NCBI GenBank assembly: GCA_964451425.1
Contig: CAYVIT010000002.1
Location: 25,750-85,490 of the forward strand
Direction of reading: 5' to 3'
Source: an uncultured Pirellulales bacterium
GTDB lineage: Bacteria; Planctomycetota; Phycisphaerae; Sedimentisphaerales; Anaerobacaceae
Length of the DNA: 59,741 nt
Shown here: positions 17,213 through 26,353 of the stretch, in pieces
Position numbering within the stretch: position 1 is the first letter of the stretch
Layout of the letters: the number at the start of each line of letters is the position of its first letter
Translations under genes and position numbers: made by a program
Notes under the pieces: model-generated
Seen by the model: only the letters and a program-made list of their open reading frames with translations
Databases searched by the model: none
What the model was told of the DNA's origin: nothing

Positions 17213-18247
17213 ATGGGCGAGAGCAATAAGACAGACGACCTTTTTGATTCTACGATGAGTCTGGGCGACCACCTCGAAGAATTGCGGATGCGGATGATTC
17301 GCGCGATTCTTGGGCTGGGTTTATGTTCCATCATCTGCCTGGCTTTCGGCCGTTCCATAATAAGGTTTATGGAAGGTCCCTACGATGATGCAACTGCCAA
17401 GCTTCTGTTCAACATTGATATGGAGTTCCAGGTTGATTTAGACAAAGGCACCATGTCTGAAGGCCTGCGGCAGGCATTCAAGGATAACGGGGCGGCATTG
17501 TCTGCCGATGTGAGGGTTAAACAGAAAGGGTATCTGTTCAGCAGCAGAAGATGGCTGATAGACGACGGTGAAGAGAGCAGATATTCTGTCAAGAAAGAGA
17601 AGGCCAAGGTCAAGGAAGAGGAGGCTAAGTCGAACAAAGAGGAGGTCCGGCTAAACATTTATAAACTAAAGCCGCTCCAGGTGATTGCGGTAGCGGCCGG
17701 TTTTATCAGCTATATGAAGATTGCTTTAATTGCGGGTTTGTTGCTCTCATCTCCGTGGGTTTTTTATCAGTTGTGGATGTTTATTGCAGCGGGACTCTAT
17801 CCGCACGAAAAACGCTACGTTAACATCGCAGCCCCTTTTTCAGCGGTATTATTCGTTGGCGGAGCACTTTTTTTTCTTATAGTTGTCGCGCCTTTGACTT
17901 TGAAATTCTTAGTATCGTTCAATCGGCGAATACTGGACGTAAATTCGCAATTTACCTTTCAGCACTATATATCCTTTGTGAGTCATCTTATGTTGGTATT
18001 TGGGCTGGCTTTTCAAACACCGACGGCCATTTTCTTTTTGAACAGGACGGGCCTGGTTTCCATAGCGGCTCTGAACAAATCTCGGAAGTTTGTTATTCTG
18101 GCCATCTTTATCGTAGCGGCGATGGCTACTCCGCCTGATGTGATTTCGCAGGTAACGCTTGCAATTCCGTTGTATTTGTTGTTTGAATTGGGGATACTGC
18201 TCAGTTACATCTCAAGTCGAAGAAGAAAATCACAGGACGAGAAGTGA
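17213..18247 (+). CDS. tatC: twin-arginine translocase subunit TatC with enlarged first extracytoplasmic loop
   Basis: The motif HLEELRMR is near the N-terminus and PWVFYQLWMFIAAGLYPHEKR follows TM2. It has a six-TM layout. About 100 aa of charged sequence lie between TM1 and TM2. Confidence 0.85.
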   Translation: MGESNKTDDLFDSTMSLGDHLEELRMRMIRAILGLGLCSIICLAFGRSIIRFMEGPYDDATAKLLFNIDMEFQVDLDKGTMSEGLRQAFKDNGAALSADVRVKQKGYLFSSRRWLIDDGEESRYSVKKEKAKVKEEEAKSNKEEVRLNIYKLKPLQVIAVAAGFISYMKIALIAGLLLSSPWVFYQLWMFIAAGLYPHEKRYVNIAAPFSAVLFVGGALFFLIVVAPLTLKFLVSFNRRILDVNSQFTFQHYISFVSHLMLVFGLAFQTPTAIFFLNRTGLVSIAALNKSRKFVILAIFIVAAMATPPDVISQVTLAIPLYLLFELGILLSYISSRRRKSQDEK

Positions 18248-18299
18248 CAGGTCCGGCCATCCGAATTTGCTCAATCACGACTCGTTAACGCTGGTGAAA

Positions 18300-19706
18300 T
18301 TAGTCGAGGATGATTTCGTCTTGATATTCGGGGACGGTGACGTTCCAGCCGGTTTGCTTTCTGACGAAATTGCCAAAGCTGTGCGCGCTTTCGGTCTCAC
18401 CGTGTATAATGAATACTCCTTTTGGAGGGGCCTCTAGTTCTTTTAGCCAATCGAGCAGCTCGTTTTTGTCTGCGTGTGCGGAGAAGCCGTGTATGCGGGC
18501 AATTTTTGCCTCCACCCTGCGCTTCTCACCGAGTATCCGGACTTCTTTTATTCCATCCACAATTGACCTTCCGAGTGTGCCGACTGCCTGGTATCCGACG
18601 AACATAATCGTGTTTTTCGGGTCGGAGATGTTATTTACAAGGTGAAACTTCACTCTGCCGCCGGTGCACATCCCTGAGCCGGCAATGACCATAACCGTCC
18701 CTTTTATATCGTTGATTGCCTTTGACTCATCGGCTGTTCCTGCCATTTGCAGTCCCGGCAGGTCGAAAGGTGACTTGTGTCGTTTGATATATTCGGTCAT
18801 TTTTTTATCAAACAATTCGGGATGGTTCTCGAAGACCTTTGTAATCTTTGAGGCCATTGGGCTGTCTAAAAAGACCTTCAACTCGGGGATCTGATTTTTC
18901 AGACGTAACTCGTTGATATAATATAAAACCTCCTGAGAGCGTTCGAGCGCGAAGCTGGGCACGATAATGTTGCCGCCTGCTTTTATTGTCTCGTTTATCA
19001 CCTTGCCCATTGTCTTTTCCACATCGGCGACTTCCTCATGCACTCTATCTCCATAGGTGGACTCAATGAGGACATAATCAGCGTAGTCGAAGACGGTGGG
19101 GTCGCATACGATGGGTCTGTTCGGCCGGCCGATGTCTCCCGAGAATAAAATAATCCTCTCCTGCCCATCCTGGTGGACCTTGGCTCTAATTATGGATGAG
19201 CCCAAGACGTGACCTGCGTCGTAAAAGGTGGCTTCGATACCGTCGCCGAGATTTTGAGCTTCTCTGTAATCAATATACGAAAACAGCGGAAAGCATGCCT
19301 CGGCATCTTCAATAGTATAGAGGGGGACTTCAGGGTAGGGGCCTTTGCGACCCTGCTTTTCGTGCCTTTTGCGTTTGTGCTCGGCGTCCTCTTCCTGAAT
19401 CTTGGCGGCGTCGAGCAATATAATCTTGGCAATCTCAGCAGTGGCAGTGGTGCAATAAATGTTTCCCTGAAATCCCTCTTTAACGAGTTTGGGTAATAAA
19501 CCACAATGGTCGAGGTGAGCGTGGGTTAAGAGGACAGCGTTTATACTTTTCGGTTCTACAGAAAATGGGTCCCAGTTTCTGGCCTGCAACTGTCGTTCCT
19601 GGTAGAGCCCACAATCTATGAGAATCCGAGTATTATTTGCTTCGAGGAGGTGCCGGGAGCCTGTAACGTTCTGAGCGGCGCCGAGAAAATGTAATTTTAT
19701 TTGCAT
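18300..19706 (-). CDS. beta-CASP family metallo-beta-lactamase-fold ribonuclease
   Basis: The motif HAHLDHCG is present. The ~470-aa length fits an MBL plus beta-CASP plus RNA-specificity-domain layout. Confidence 0.75.
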   Translation of the reverse strand: MQIKLHFLGAAQNVTGSRHLLEANNTRILIDCGLYQERQLQARNWDPFSVEPKSINAVLLTHAHLDHCGLLPKLVKEGFQGNIYCTTATAEIAKIILLDAAKIQEEDAEHKRKRHEKQGRKGPYPEVPLYTIEDAEACFPLFSYIDYREAQNLGDGIEATFYDAGHVLGSSIIRAKVHQDGQERIILFSGDIGRPNRPIVCDPTVFDYADYVLIESTYGDRVHEEVADVEKTMGKVINETIKAGGNIIVPSFALERSQEVLYYINELRLKNQIPELKVFLDSPMASKITKVFENHPELFDKKMTEYIKRHKSPFDLPGLQMAGTADESKAINDIKGTVMVIAGSGMCTGGRVKFHLVNNISDPKNTIMFVGYQAVGTLGRSIVDGIKEVRILGEKRRVEAKIARIHGFSAHADKNELLDWLKELEAPPKGVFIIHGETESAHSFGNFVRKQTGWNVTVPEYQDEIILD

Positions 19707-20012
19707 ATTTATAAAACCTCATGCTTTAAATGATTTAAAAATTTTTCATACAGATTCTACATAAGATAATGCTTTTCAACAAGCTAATTCCGCGGGCAGT
19801 TCAAACCTGTTTTTGTTACTTAGTTTCGGATGCCAAAGTCAATTAGCTGAGCAGAGCAGATTTGTTTGAGGCGCTGAGGACGAAAGTACGGGGAAAATAG
19901 TGTTGGCCGAAGCCGCATTAGAATATATAACAGGAATCGAATGGGTGGTTTGATTGTATGAGTGGTTTGAGTCAAGGATAATTGGAAATTCAATTTGAGA
20001 TTGTGAACAGCC

Positions 20013-20420
20013 TCATTCTTTTTCTGGCGTAAGTGGCTCTTCTTCGAGGTCAGGCATGCCGTATTTTTCCGGATTCACTATTGCATAGTAATAGGTCAGC
20101 TCAGAGAAATCAGCGCTTTGCCGGGTTGTGATTAGCTTAATATGCTTTTTGGTTGTCAATTCGTTTAAGGTGTTGCGTGTTTGTTCGGGAGTCATTCCCA
20201 ATATCCGGCTTAAAACAGGTACGCGTATACCTGTAACATCGTTTCTGTGGAAAAACAAATAAGCGTATGTAAGCTTGCTTTCAGAAGAAAGTTCAGCGGT
20301 ATTTATCAGTTTAAAAGTTAGGGTTAGGTCTCCAATTTTTGCGTATTTTGGAGTTTTATGGCTTTCTCTGTGAAGAAAGTCTACAAAATCCCTGTATAAG
20401 GATAATGTCTTGAGCTTCAT
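20013..20420 (-). CDS. hypothetical protein with probable winged-helix DNA-binding domain
   Basis: The segment VLSRILGMTPEQTRNTLNELTTKKHI looks like an HTH. The gene looks AT-richer than its neighbours and is flanked by long non-coding regions. Confidence 0.45.
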   Translation of the reverse strand: MKLKTLSLYRDFVDFLHRESHKTPKYAKIGDLTLTFKLINTAELSSESKLTYAYLFFHRNDVTGIRVPVLSRILGMTPEQTRNTLNELTTKKHIKLITTRQSADFSELTYYYAIVNPEKYGMPDLEEEPLTPEKE

Positions 20421-20986
20421 AGTAAATCCCTTTTACTTATTATCCGGGTTATGCGATTAACGACGTTAACACTCTATCTAAAGTATACGATTTGTTTCCA
20501 GGATTAGGCAAGTCCGACGAACCAAATCAAGCAAAAAAACGCCGATGCTTTTGCAGGGCTGATAATACCGGCTTTAGATGGCTAATATTCGGCTCTGAAT
20601 TGTTGCCTTTTTATGTAAAATGTAAACATGGAAAGATTGGCGGAAAAGATACGGGAAAGTCACTTTAGTATTAACGGTTTTAATTGTAAGCGATGCTTGT
20701 ATTATAAAAGTTTTTTAACGGTTTCTTGGGCAAGGTTACGGATTGTTCCCTAAAAAGCCATATAAATTTCTAATTATAAGCCGGTACATGTTGCAGCTTC
20801 AGGTTAAAGCTGTATCAGGAGGTGTTGAGATGTTCTATGAAACCGAACCTGTGAAGCCTTCATTGTATCTATAGAGTAACAAGATAAAATTCAGCGGGGG
20901 TATAGCGTGCGCAGAGTTAATTTGGTATTCTATTCAAAGTAAAAGGATTAATAGCGAAGCTAAGTGTATAAAGAAGGATGTGTTGG

Positions 20987-22267
20987 ATGAAAAGGTATGG
21001 ACGGTTGGCGATTGAAGGCGGCCGCTTTTTGGTCGTATGCGTATTCTTGTTAGTTTCTGTAGCGCAGGGGCAGGAGTGGCCAAGGTTCCGCGGTCCGAAC
21101 GGGCAGGGTATCAGTTACGACAAAACAATACCCGTTAAGTGGACGGAAAAGGATTATAACTGGAAGGTCGAGCTGTCGGGGGAAGGCCATTCCTCGCCTG
21201 TTGTCTGGGGGGATAAGGTCTTTGTAACATGCGGAGACCAAAAGGCCGGTCGCGGTATGCTTTTGGCTCTTAATGTTTCGGATGGTAAGGTCTTGTGGCA
21301 AAAAGAATACGCACTAACAAAGTATCGTATGAACAGCAGCAATAGTTATGCCACAGCGACGCCGGCTGTGGATGGTGACCACGTCTATGTACTCTGGGCT
21401 ACTACAAACGAGACAATCCTGGTGGCATTAGACCACGACGGTGAGAAAATCTGGGAGCGTACGTTCGAAGGTGTGCGTTGTCAGCACGGCCCGGGCATTA
21501 CGCCGGTTGTGGTTGACGATATCGTGGTCTTTACCCACGAGCATGAGAAAAGCGATAAAGATGCTCGAAGTGCCTGGATAGCAGTCGACTGTAAGAGCGG
21601 CAAAACACGATGGGAGCTTGAGCGGCAAACCAGTCCCAAAACGTCATATTCAACGCCCTGTCTGTATTCATCGGGGGCTGATACACCGCTGTTGATTTTC
21701 ACCAGTCTTGCACACGGCATGACCGGTGTTGACCCGGGCAGCGGGGCGGTGGTATGGGAGGCGAAGTCGGCGTTTATAAGTCGTGTTGTAAGTTCGCCTG
21801 TCGTGGCGGGTGAACTGTTAGTCGGCACCTGCGGCGACGGTGGCAGCGGGAAACGCTTGATAGCGATACGACCCGGCAAAGACGGCAAATCCACTGAACC
21901 CACAGAGGTATACAAGATTGACAATAGTTCTGCGCCGTATGTACCTACCTCATTAGCCAAAGATGGTTTATTGTTTACGTTTCATGACAGGGGGGATGTT
22001 TCCTGCCTGCGCAGTGCCACGGGTGAACAATTGTGGCGTGAAAAGCCGGCCGGCCCATTTTATGGTTCACCGGTGTGGGTGAGCGGCAAACTGTACTGTA
22101 TTACGAGGAAGGGGGAGGTTGTCGTAATCAAGGCGGGTTCCACATACGAGCTGCTTGCGGTCAATCCGTTGGGTGAGGAGAGCTACGCTACTCCAGCCGT
22201 GGCTGGGGGGAGAATGTACATGAGGACTTATTTACATCTTATTTCCATCGGAGGCAAAAAAGAGTAA
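20987..22267 (+). CDS. secreted PQQ-like (BamB-like) beta-propeller repeat protein
   Basis: A signal peptide is followed by WPRFRGPNGQG and repeated G.V.W motifs typical of PQQ-like propellers. I prefer the ATG at 20987 over 20978. Confidence 0.7.
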   Translation: MKRYGRLAIEGGRFLVVCVFLLVSVAQGQEWPRFRGPNGQGISYDKTIPVKWTEKDYNWKVELSGEGHSSPVVWGDKVFVTCGDQKAGRGMLLALNVSDGKVLWQKEYALTKYRMNSSNSYATATPAVDGDHVYVLWATTNETILVALDHDGEKIWERTFEGVRCQHGPGITPVVVDDIVVFTHEHEKSDKDARSAWIAVDCKSGKTRWELERQTSPKTSYSTPCLYSSGADTPLLIFTSLAHGMTGVDPGSGAVVWEAKSAFISRVVSSPVVAGELLVGTCGDGGSGKRLIAIRPGKDGKSTEPTEVYKIDNSSAPYVPTSLAKDGLLFTFHDRGDVSCLRSATGEQLWREKPAGPFYGSPVWVSGKLYCITRKGEVVVIKAGSTYELLAVNPLGEESYATPAVAGGRMYMRTYLHLISIGGKKE

Positions 22268-22325
22268 GGAGTAAAATCTGCGACTTGCAGAGGTAAGCCT
22301 CGCGGTCAACAGCATATCTTTTTCG

Positions 22326-22352
22326 CAGGCTTAGTCAAAAAGCCTGATTTTT
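22326..22352 (+). terminator. intrinsic terminator
   Basis: CAGGCTT-agtcaaa-AAGCCTG followed by aTTTTT. Confidence 0.65.
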
Positions 22353-22397
22353 AGGTAAATAATGGGCTTTAGGGAGCTATAAAAAATCATTTTTTTC

Positions 22398-22426
22398 TTG
22401 CTTGTATGCCCAAATAGACATATAAT
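22398..22426 (+). promoter_or_regulatory. sigma-70 type promoter upstream of lexA
   Basis: TTGCTT - 17 nt - TATAAT. Confidence 0.5.
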
Positions 22427-22487
22427 ATAGTGGAGTTGCTTAAAGACCTTAACGGAATAGTGCTTTGTCGCAACTCAGTTGGTGGAT

Positions 22488-22569
22488 GTCATTGCGAGCG
22501 CAGCGAAGCAATCTCAAACTTTCGAAGGCTTGGGATTGCCGCGGCCGCATTTTGCGGCCTCGCAATGAC
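22488..22569. repeat. 82-nt repeat element with 11-nt terminal inverted repeats, copy 2 (in the lexA leader)
   Basis: Reverse-complement match to 146-227. It lies between the predicted lexA promoter and the lexA ATG. Confidence 0.85.
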
Positions 22570-22604
22570 TACCTGTTTGTTATAGGGGCTCCTGGGAGAA
22601 GATT

Positions 22605-23219
22605 ATGGAAGCTTTAACGGAAAAACAGCAAAAGATTCTCAGGTTTATTGAGAAGAGGCTGGGAGAGAACAATCCGCCGAGCCAGCGGGAAATCGCCCGG
22701 CAGTTCGGTCTGGCGCGGAACGCTATTCGTCAGTTCGTAAGCTATCTTAAGAAGAAAGGCTATCTGGTGGATTTGGGAGGCCATCGGGGACTGAGGCTGT
22801 CTAAGGAATACCTCTACAGGAAAAAAGAAAGGGAAGGTGTCCCTATTGTGGGCAGGGTGGCGGCGGGGGAGCCGATACTGGCGGAAGAAAATATCGAGGG
22901 ATATGTAGACCCGGGGGAATTTTTCGGCCAATCGAAAGACAGTTTTATTCTGAGAGTTGCCGGGGACAGTATGGTTGACGAGGGTATTATGGATGGTGAT
23001 TTTGTGGTGGTTGAGCCGGCTTCGACGATTAAGAACGGCCGGATTGGGGTGGTGATGCTGGATGATGAAGCGACCGTTAAGAGGATATATATCCAGCGTA
23101 ACCGGATAGCCCTGAAATCGGCCAACCGTGCTGCGGGTTACAGGACCAGATATATCAAGGGAAGCGACAAGAGTATTCGTATAATCGGCAAGGTGACAGG
23201 CTGTCTTAGAACCATATAA
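22605..23219 (+). CDS. lexA: LexA repressor
   Basis: N-terminal winged HTH (SQREIARQFGL), an Ala-Gly cleavage site (VAAGEP), a Ser (GDSM) and a Lys (TVKR). Confidence 0.9.
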   Translation: MEALTEKQQKILRFIEKRLGENNPPSQREIARQFGLARNAIRQFVSYLKKKGYLVDLGGHRGLRLSKEYLYRKKEREGVPIVGRVAAGEPILAEENIEGYVDPGEFFGQSKDSFILRVAGDSMVDEGIMDGDFVVVEPASTIKNGRIGVVMLDDEATVKRIYIQRNRIALKSANRAAGYRTRYIKGSDKSIRIIGKVTGCLRTI

Positions 23220-23285
23220 ATTAAAGGCAAGAGATGCCTTGCCCGGCCCGGCCAGGGATAACAGGCCGGTTGTGTTTGAATGGGA

Positions 23286-23305
23286 ACAGGTTGTTTTGAA
23301 CCGGT
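23286..23305. promoter_or_regulatory. inverted repeat upstream of umuD (candidate operator)
   Basis: ACAGGTT-N6-AACCGGT, with 6 of 7 arm positions complementary. It ends 13 nt before the umuD ATG. Confidence 0.25.
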
Positions 23306-23317
23306 GATAAGTGCGAA

Positions 23318-23749
23318 ATGAATACGAAGGTCCAGACAGTTTATATTTCGGATTTGTCTACCAAGTATCGGCAGTCGTTGTTTGACGGGAGGGTGTCTGC
23401 GGGGTTTCCATCTCCGGCTGCCGATTACGAAGAGGACAGGCTTGACTTGAATAAGCACCTGATTAGGCATCCGGCGGCGACGTTTTTTGTCAGGGTCATC
23501 GGCGACTCGATGATTGGAGCGGGCATTCACTGCGGCGACCTTTTGGTTGTCGACCGCAGCCTTGAGGCCAGGGACAAGAGCGTGGTGATAGCGGCTGTCA
23601 ACGGAGAGCTGACGGTCAAGAGAATCAGAATCAGGAATAAGAAGATAACATTAGTACCTGAAAACGAGAGCTACAGTGCGCAGGAAATCGGCGAGAATGT
23701 GGAATTTGAGGTGTGGGGGGTAGTGACCAGCGTTATACACGAACTATGA
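23318..23749 (+). CDS. umuD: translesion polymerase V accessory protein UmuD (S24 peptidase)
   Basis: Ala-Gly site (VSAGFPSP), GDSM and TVKR motifs, and 143 aa. Confidence 0.85.
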   Translation: MNTKVQTVYISDLSTKYRQSLFDGRVSAGFPSPAADYEEDRLDLNKHLIRHPAATFFVRVIGDSMIGAGIHCGDLLVVDRSLEARDKSVVIAAVNGELTVKRIRIRNKKITLVPENESYSAQEIGENVEFEVWGVVTSVIHEL

Positions 23750-25002
23750 AAGAGATATTTGCGCTTGTTGATTGTAATAATTTTTATGTTTCCTGCGAGC
23801 GGATATTTAATCCGAAGTTGCAGGGCAGGCCGGTCGTTGTGTTGTCCAACAATGACGGCTGTATTGTGGCCCGCTCCAACGAGGCAAAGGCGCTGGGTAT
23901 CGGTATGGGGGTGCCGGCTTTTGAGGTGGAAAAGATTTTAGAGGAAAATAACGTTGAGGTGTTTTCGTCAAACTATGCCCTTTATGCCGATATGTCCAGC
24001 CGAGTGATGAAAACACTGTCGAGGTTTGCCCCTGATATAGAAGTTTACTCGATTGATGAAGCTTTCCTGAACCTTGCGGGGTTTAAGTGCTCTTTGCGCG
24101 ATTACGGCGGGAAGATTTGTCGAACCGTCAAGCAGTGGACGGGTATTCCGGTGACGGTTGGTATCGGCCGGACCAAAACGCTGGCCAAGATAGCCAACCG
24201 GATTGCCAAACACTCGGGTAATGGGGATGGTGTTCAGGATTTGACCGAGTCTGCTTCTCTGAACGAGATACTTGCTGCAATACCGGTGGAGAAAATCTGG
24301 ACGGTGGGAATCAAGACGACTATAAAACTGAAAAGAGCAGGGATTGAAACAGCACTGGACTTACAAAAAGCAGATATAAACTGGGTCAGGCAGAAGTTTG
24401 GCGTTGTGGGGGTAAGGACGGTATATGAGCTAAGGGGGATGATCTGTTATCCTTTAGAGCAGAATCCGCCTGCCAAAAAATCAATTGCCGTATCGCGGTC
24501 CTTTGGCAAGCCCGTCGAATCTATCGAGAAGCTAAAAGAAGCGATAGCCAGCTATTGCTCAAGAGGGGGAGAGAAGCTGAGGCAGCACGGATTGGCCGCC
24601 GGCTTAATGACGGTCTACGTGACAACCAGCCGATTTATAGAAAACAAATACTTTAATTCCCACACTATAGAGTTTGACGTTGCTACGAGTGACACGATGG
24701 AGCTTATCAGGGGGGCACTGTGGTGCATAGGGAAGTTATATCGCAGGGGCTTTTTGTTTAAGAAGGCGGGGATTGTGTTGAGCGGTCTTGTATCTGAAAA
24801 ACGGATTCAGGGGAATTTGTTTGACAGCGTCGACAGGGAAATATCTCAGCGGCTTATGCAGGCGATAGATGCCGTCAATACCAGGTTAAACTGCCCGCTT
24901 CGATGGGCGGCGGAAGGATTGGGCCAGCCGTGGAGGGTCAAGTTCAACCAGCGCTCTTGTCGCTATACGACCCGATGGGACGAGCTGCCGCCGGTGGCAT
25001 AG
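23746..25002 (+). CDS. umuC: Y-family DNA polymerase UmuC
   Basis: It starts MKEIFALVDCNNFYVSCE, with SIDEAFL and a Y-family layout. The ATG overlaps the umuD stop (ATGA). Confidence 0.85.
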   Translation: MKEIFALVDCNNFYVSCERIFNPKLQGRPVVVLSNNDGCIVARSNEAKALGIGMGVPAFEVEKILEENNVEVFSSNYALYADMSSRVMKTLSRFAPDIEVYSIDEAFLNLAGFKCSLRDYGGKICRTVKQWTGIPVTVGIGRTKTLAKIANRIAKHSGNGDGVQDLTESASLNEILAAIPVEKIWTVGIKTTIKLKRAGIETALDLQKADINWVRQKFGVVGVRTVYELRGMICYPLEQNPPAKKSIAVSRSFGKPVESIEKLKEAIASYCSRGGEKLRQHGLAAGLMTVYVTTSRFIENKYFNSHTIEFDVATSDTMELIRGALWCIGKLYRRGFLFKKAGIVLSGLVSEKRIQGNLFDSVDREISQRLMQAIDAVNTRLNCPLRWAAEGLGQPWRVKFNQRSCRYTTRWDELPPVA

Positions 25003-25104
25003 GGACAGGGCATCTTTTAGGCCGGAAGCCGGATTTACAAGTTCTAAACGAGTCAGACATCCAGATGCAACCGGAGAACTCCTGTGTCTTTCTAAAATGT
25101 GGTT

Positions 25105-26019
25105 TTAAACAGTCTCTGCAAGGGCACGGTTCATACGCTGGATGGCCTCATCAATCTCGGCATTGCTTTTGAATCCGATGACAACAGCATCGAGCGGGAC
25201 ACGCTGCATGGCGAAGCGTATGGCCTTTTCACGGTCTTCAGGGTTTATGAAATCGCCGTTACCTATCATTTTCATTCCGATGATGCCGTGTCTATTCTTG
25301 CGCATTATCTTAATTTGCTCAAGCACAGCAGAGACGTGTGTTACATTGCTTTTAGCGTCCCATTTTTCTGTGGGTGTGTCGATATGTGAGCCTTGTGGAT
25401 TAATGCGAACCAGATTGACATCCACCCAATCCAATTGGGCGGCTTTGGTCAATGCGGGCAGAGTATGACATGAGACACCGTGGGCTCGTATGATTTGCTT
25501 TTCCTTGGCTTCTTCAAAGGCATCCAGCAGGCGTTTGTGGCTTTCTTGCCAATCGTTTTTGACGGTGCAATGAATGAGCAGGCTGTCGATGTAGTCGACG
25601 CCCAGTTCCTTGCGGTAACGGTCGAGCACCTCAAGAGGTTTTTCGGGACGGCCTGGCATTTTTGACTGAATAAAGAGCTTTTCGCGGGGCAGACTTTTTA
25701 TTGCATCGCGAATCATCGTGTGGGTCCTGTAGCTTTCCGACGTGTCGATATATGTGATACCCTGGTCGTAGGCATACCGTATGAGGCTGTTGAATCCTTC
25801 AGACCCCAGGGCCCGCTGAATACTGCCGCCTATACTGCCTGTTCCGATACCGAGGCGGCTGAGTTTTAGGCCGGTCTTGCCAAGGGTTACCTGGTCGACG
25901 GCTGTCGGTGTGGATTTCCTGGTGGTCTTCTCCAATGCACAGGAGGACAAGAAGAGACCTCCGGTCAAAGCCGCTGTGTTTTTGATAAATTGACGCCGAG
26001 TGATTTGTTTTTTACGCAT
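25105..26019 (-). CDS. Tat-signal lipoprotein-type aldo/keto reductase without Cys-rich tail
   Basis: TRRQFIKN followed by a lipobox-like LSSC. AKR motifs (IDTSESY, QSK, SCH). At 304 aa it lacks the C-terminal extension. Confidence 0.75.
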   Translation of the reverse strand: MRKKQITRRQFIKNTAALTGGLFLSSCALEKTTRKSTPTAVDQVTLGKTGLKLSRLGIGTGSIGGSIQRALGSEGFNSLIRYAYDQGITYIDTSESYRTHTMIRDAIKSLPREKLFIQSKMPGRPEKPLEVLDRYRKELGVDYIDSLLIHCTVKNDWQESHKRLLDAFEEAKEKQIIRAHGVSCHTLPALTKAAQLDWVDVNLVRINPQGSHIDTPTEKWDAKSNVTHVSAVLEQIKIMRKNRHGIIGMKMIGNGDFINPEDREKAIRFAMQRVPLDAVVIGFKSNAEIDEAIQRMNRALAETV

Positions 26020-26156
26020 ATTGCAAACTCCTTAATATGAGTATGAGCAGTTTTGTTCTTGTAGTATAGTACCCTATTGCTTTTGGAAACACAATAACCT
26101 TTGATTCAGCGTAGCATATAGATGGGCACTTGTTGTACATTCACCATTTATAATAG

Positions 26157-26230
26157 TGGGCGATACAGGACTTGAACCTGTGACTTCCTGCGTGTAAAGC
26201 AGGCGCTCTAACCAACTGAGCTAATCGCCC
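26157..26230 (-). tRNA. tRNA-Val (anticodon TAC)
   Basis: The reverse complement folds as a canonical cloverleaf: GGGCGAT acceptor stem, anticodon stem-loop CCTGC-TTTACAC-GCAGG and T-loop TTCAAGT. CCA is not encoded. Confidence 0.9.
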
Positions 26231-26353
26231 AGGATTTGAGTGCAAAAATACAGTTTTTTAGAGCTTGCGTCAATATTTTTGATGTTTTATTATTAGCAGG
26301 GCAAAAGTTTTGTTCGTTCGTTTATAGGAAGATACGCAGTTAGAGGTGTTTTT

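Noticed and set aside
21481-21960. 159-aa minus-strand ORF, and other long antisense ORFs inside well-supported genes (e.g. 41265-41747, 46377-46907, 30584-31069, 50175-50666)
   Set aside because: They are fully embedded antisense to CDSs with strong motif support. They are Ser/Pro/Arg-rich, as is typical for antisense frames, and have no start context.
22380-22604. Search for a canonical SOS box (CTGT-N8-ACAG or GAAC-N4-GTTC) upstream of lexA
   Set aside because: No acceptable match was seen by eye. CCTGTTTGTTATAGG near 22572 has only one half-site. The operator type for this lineage is unknown to me.
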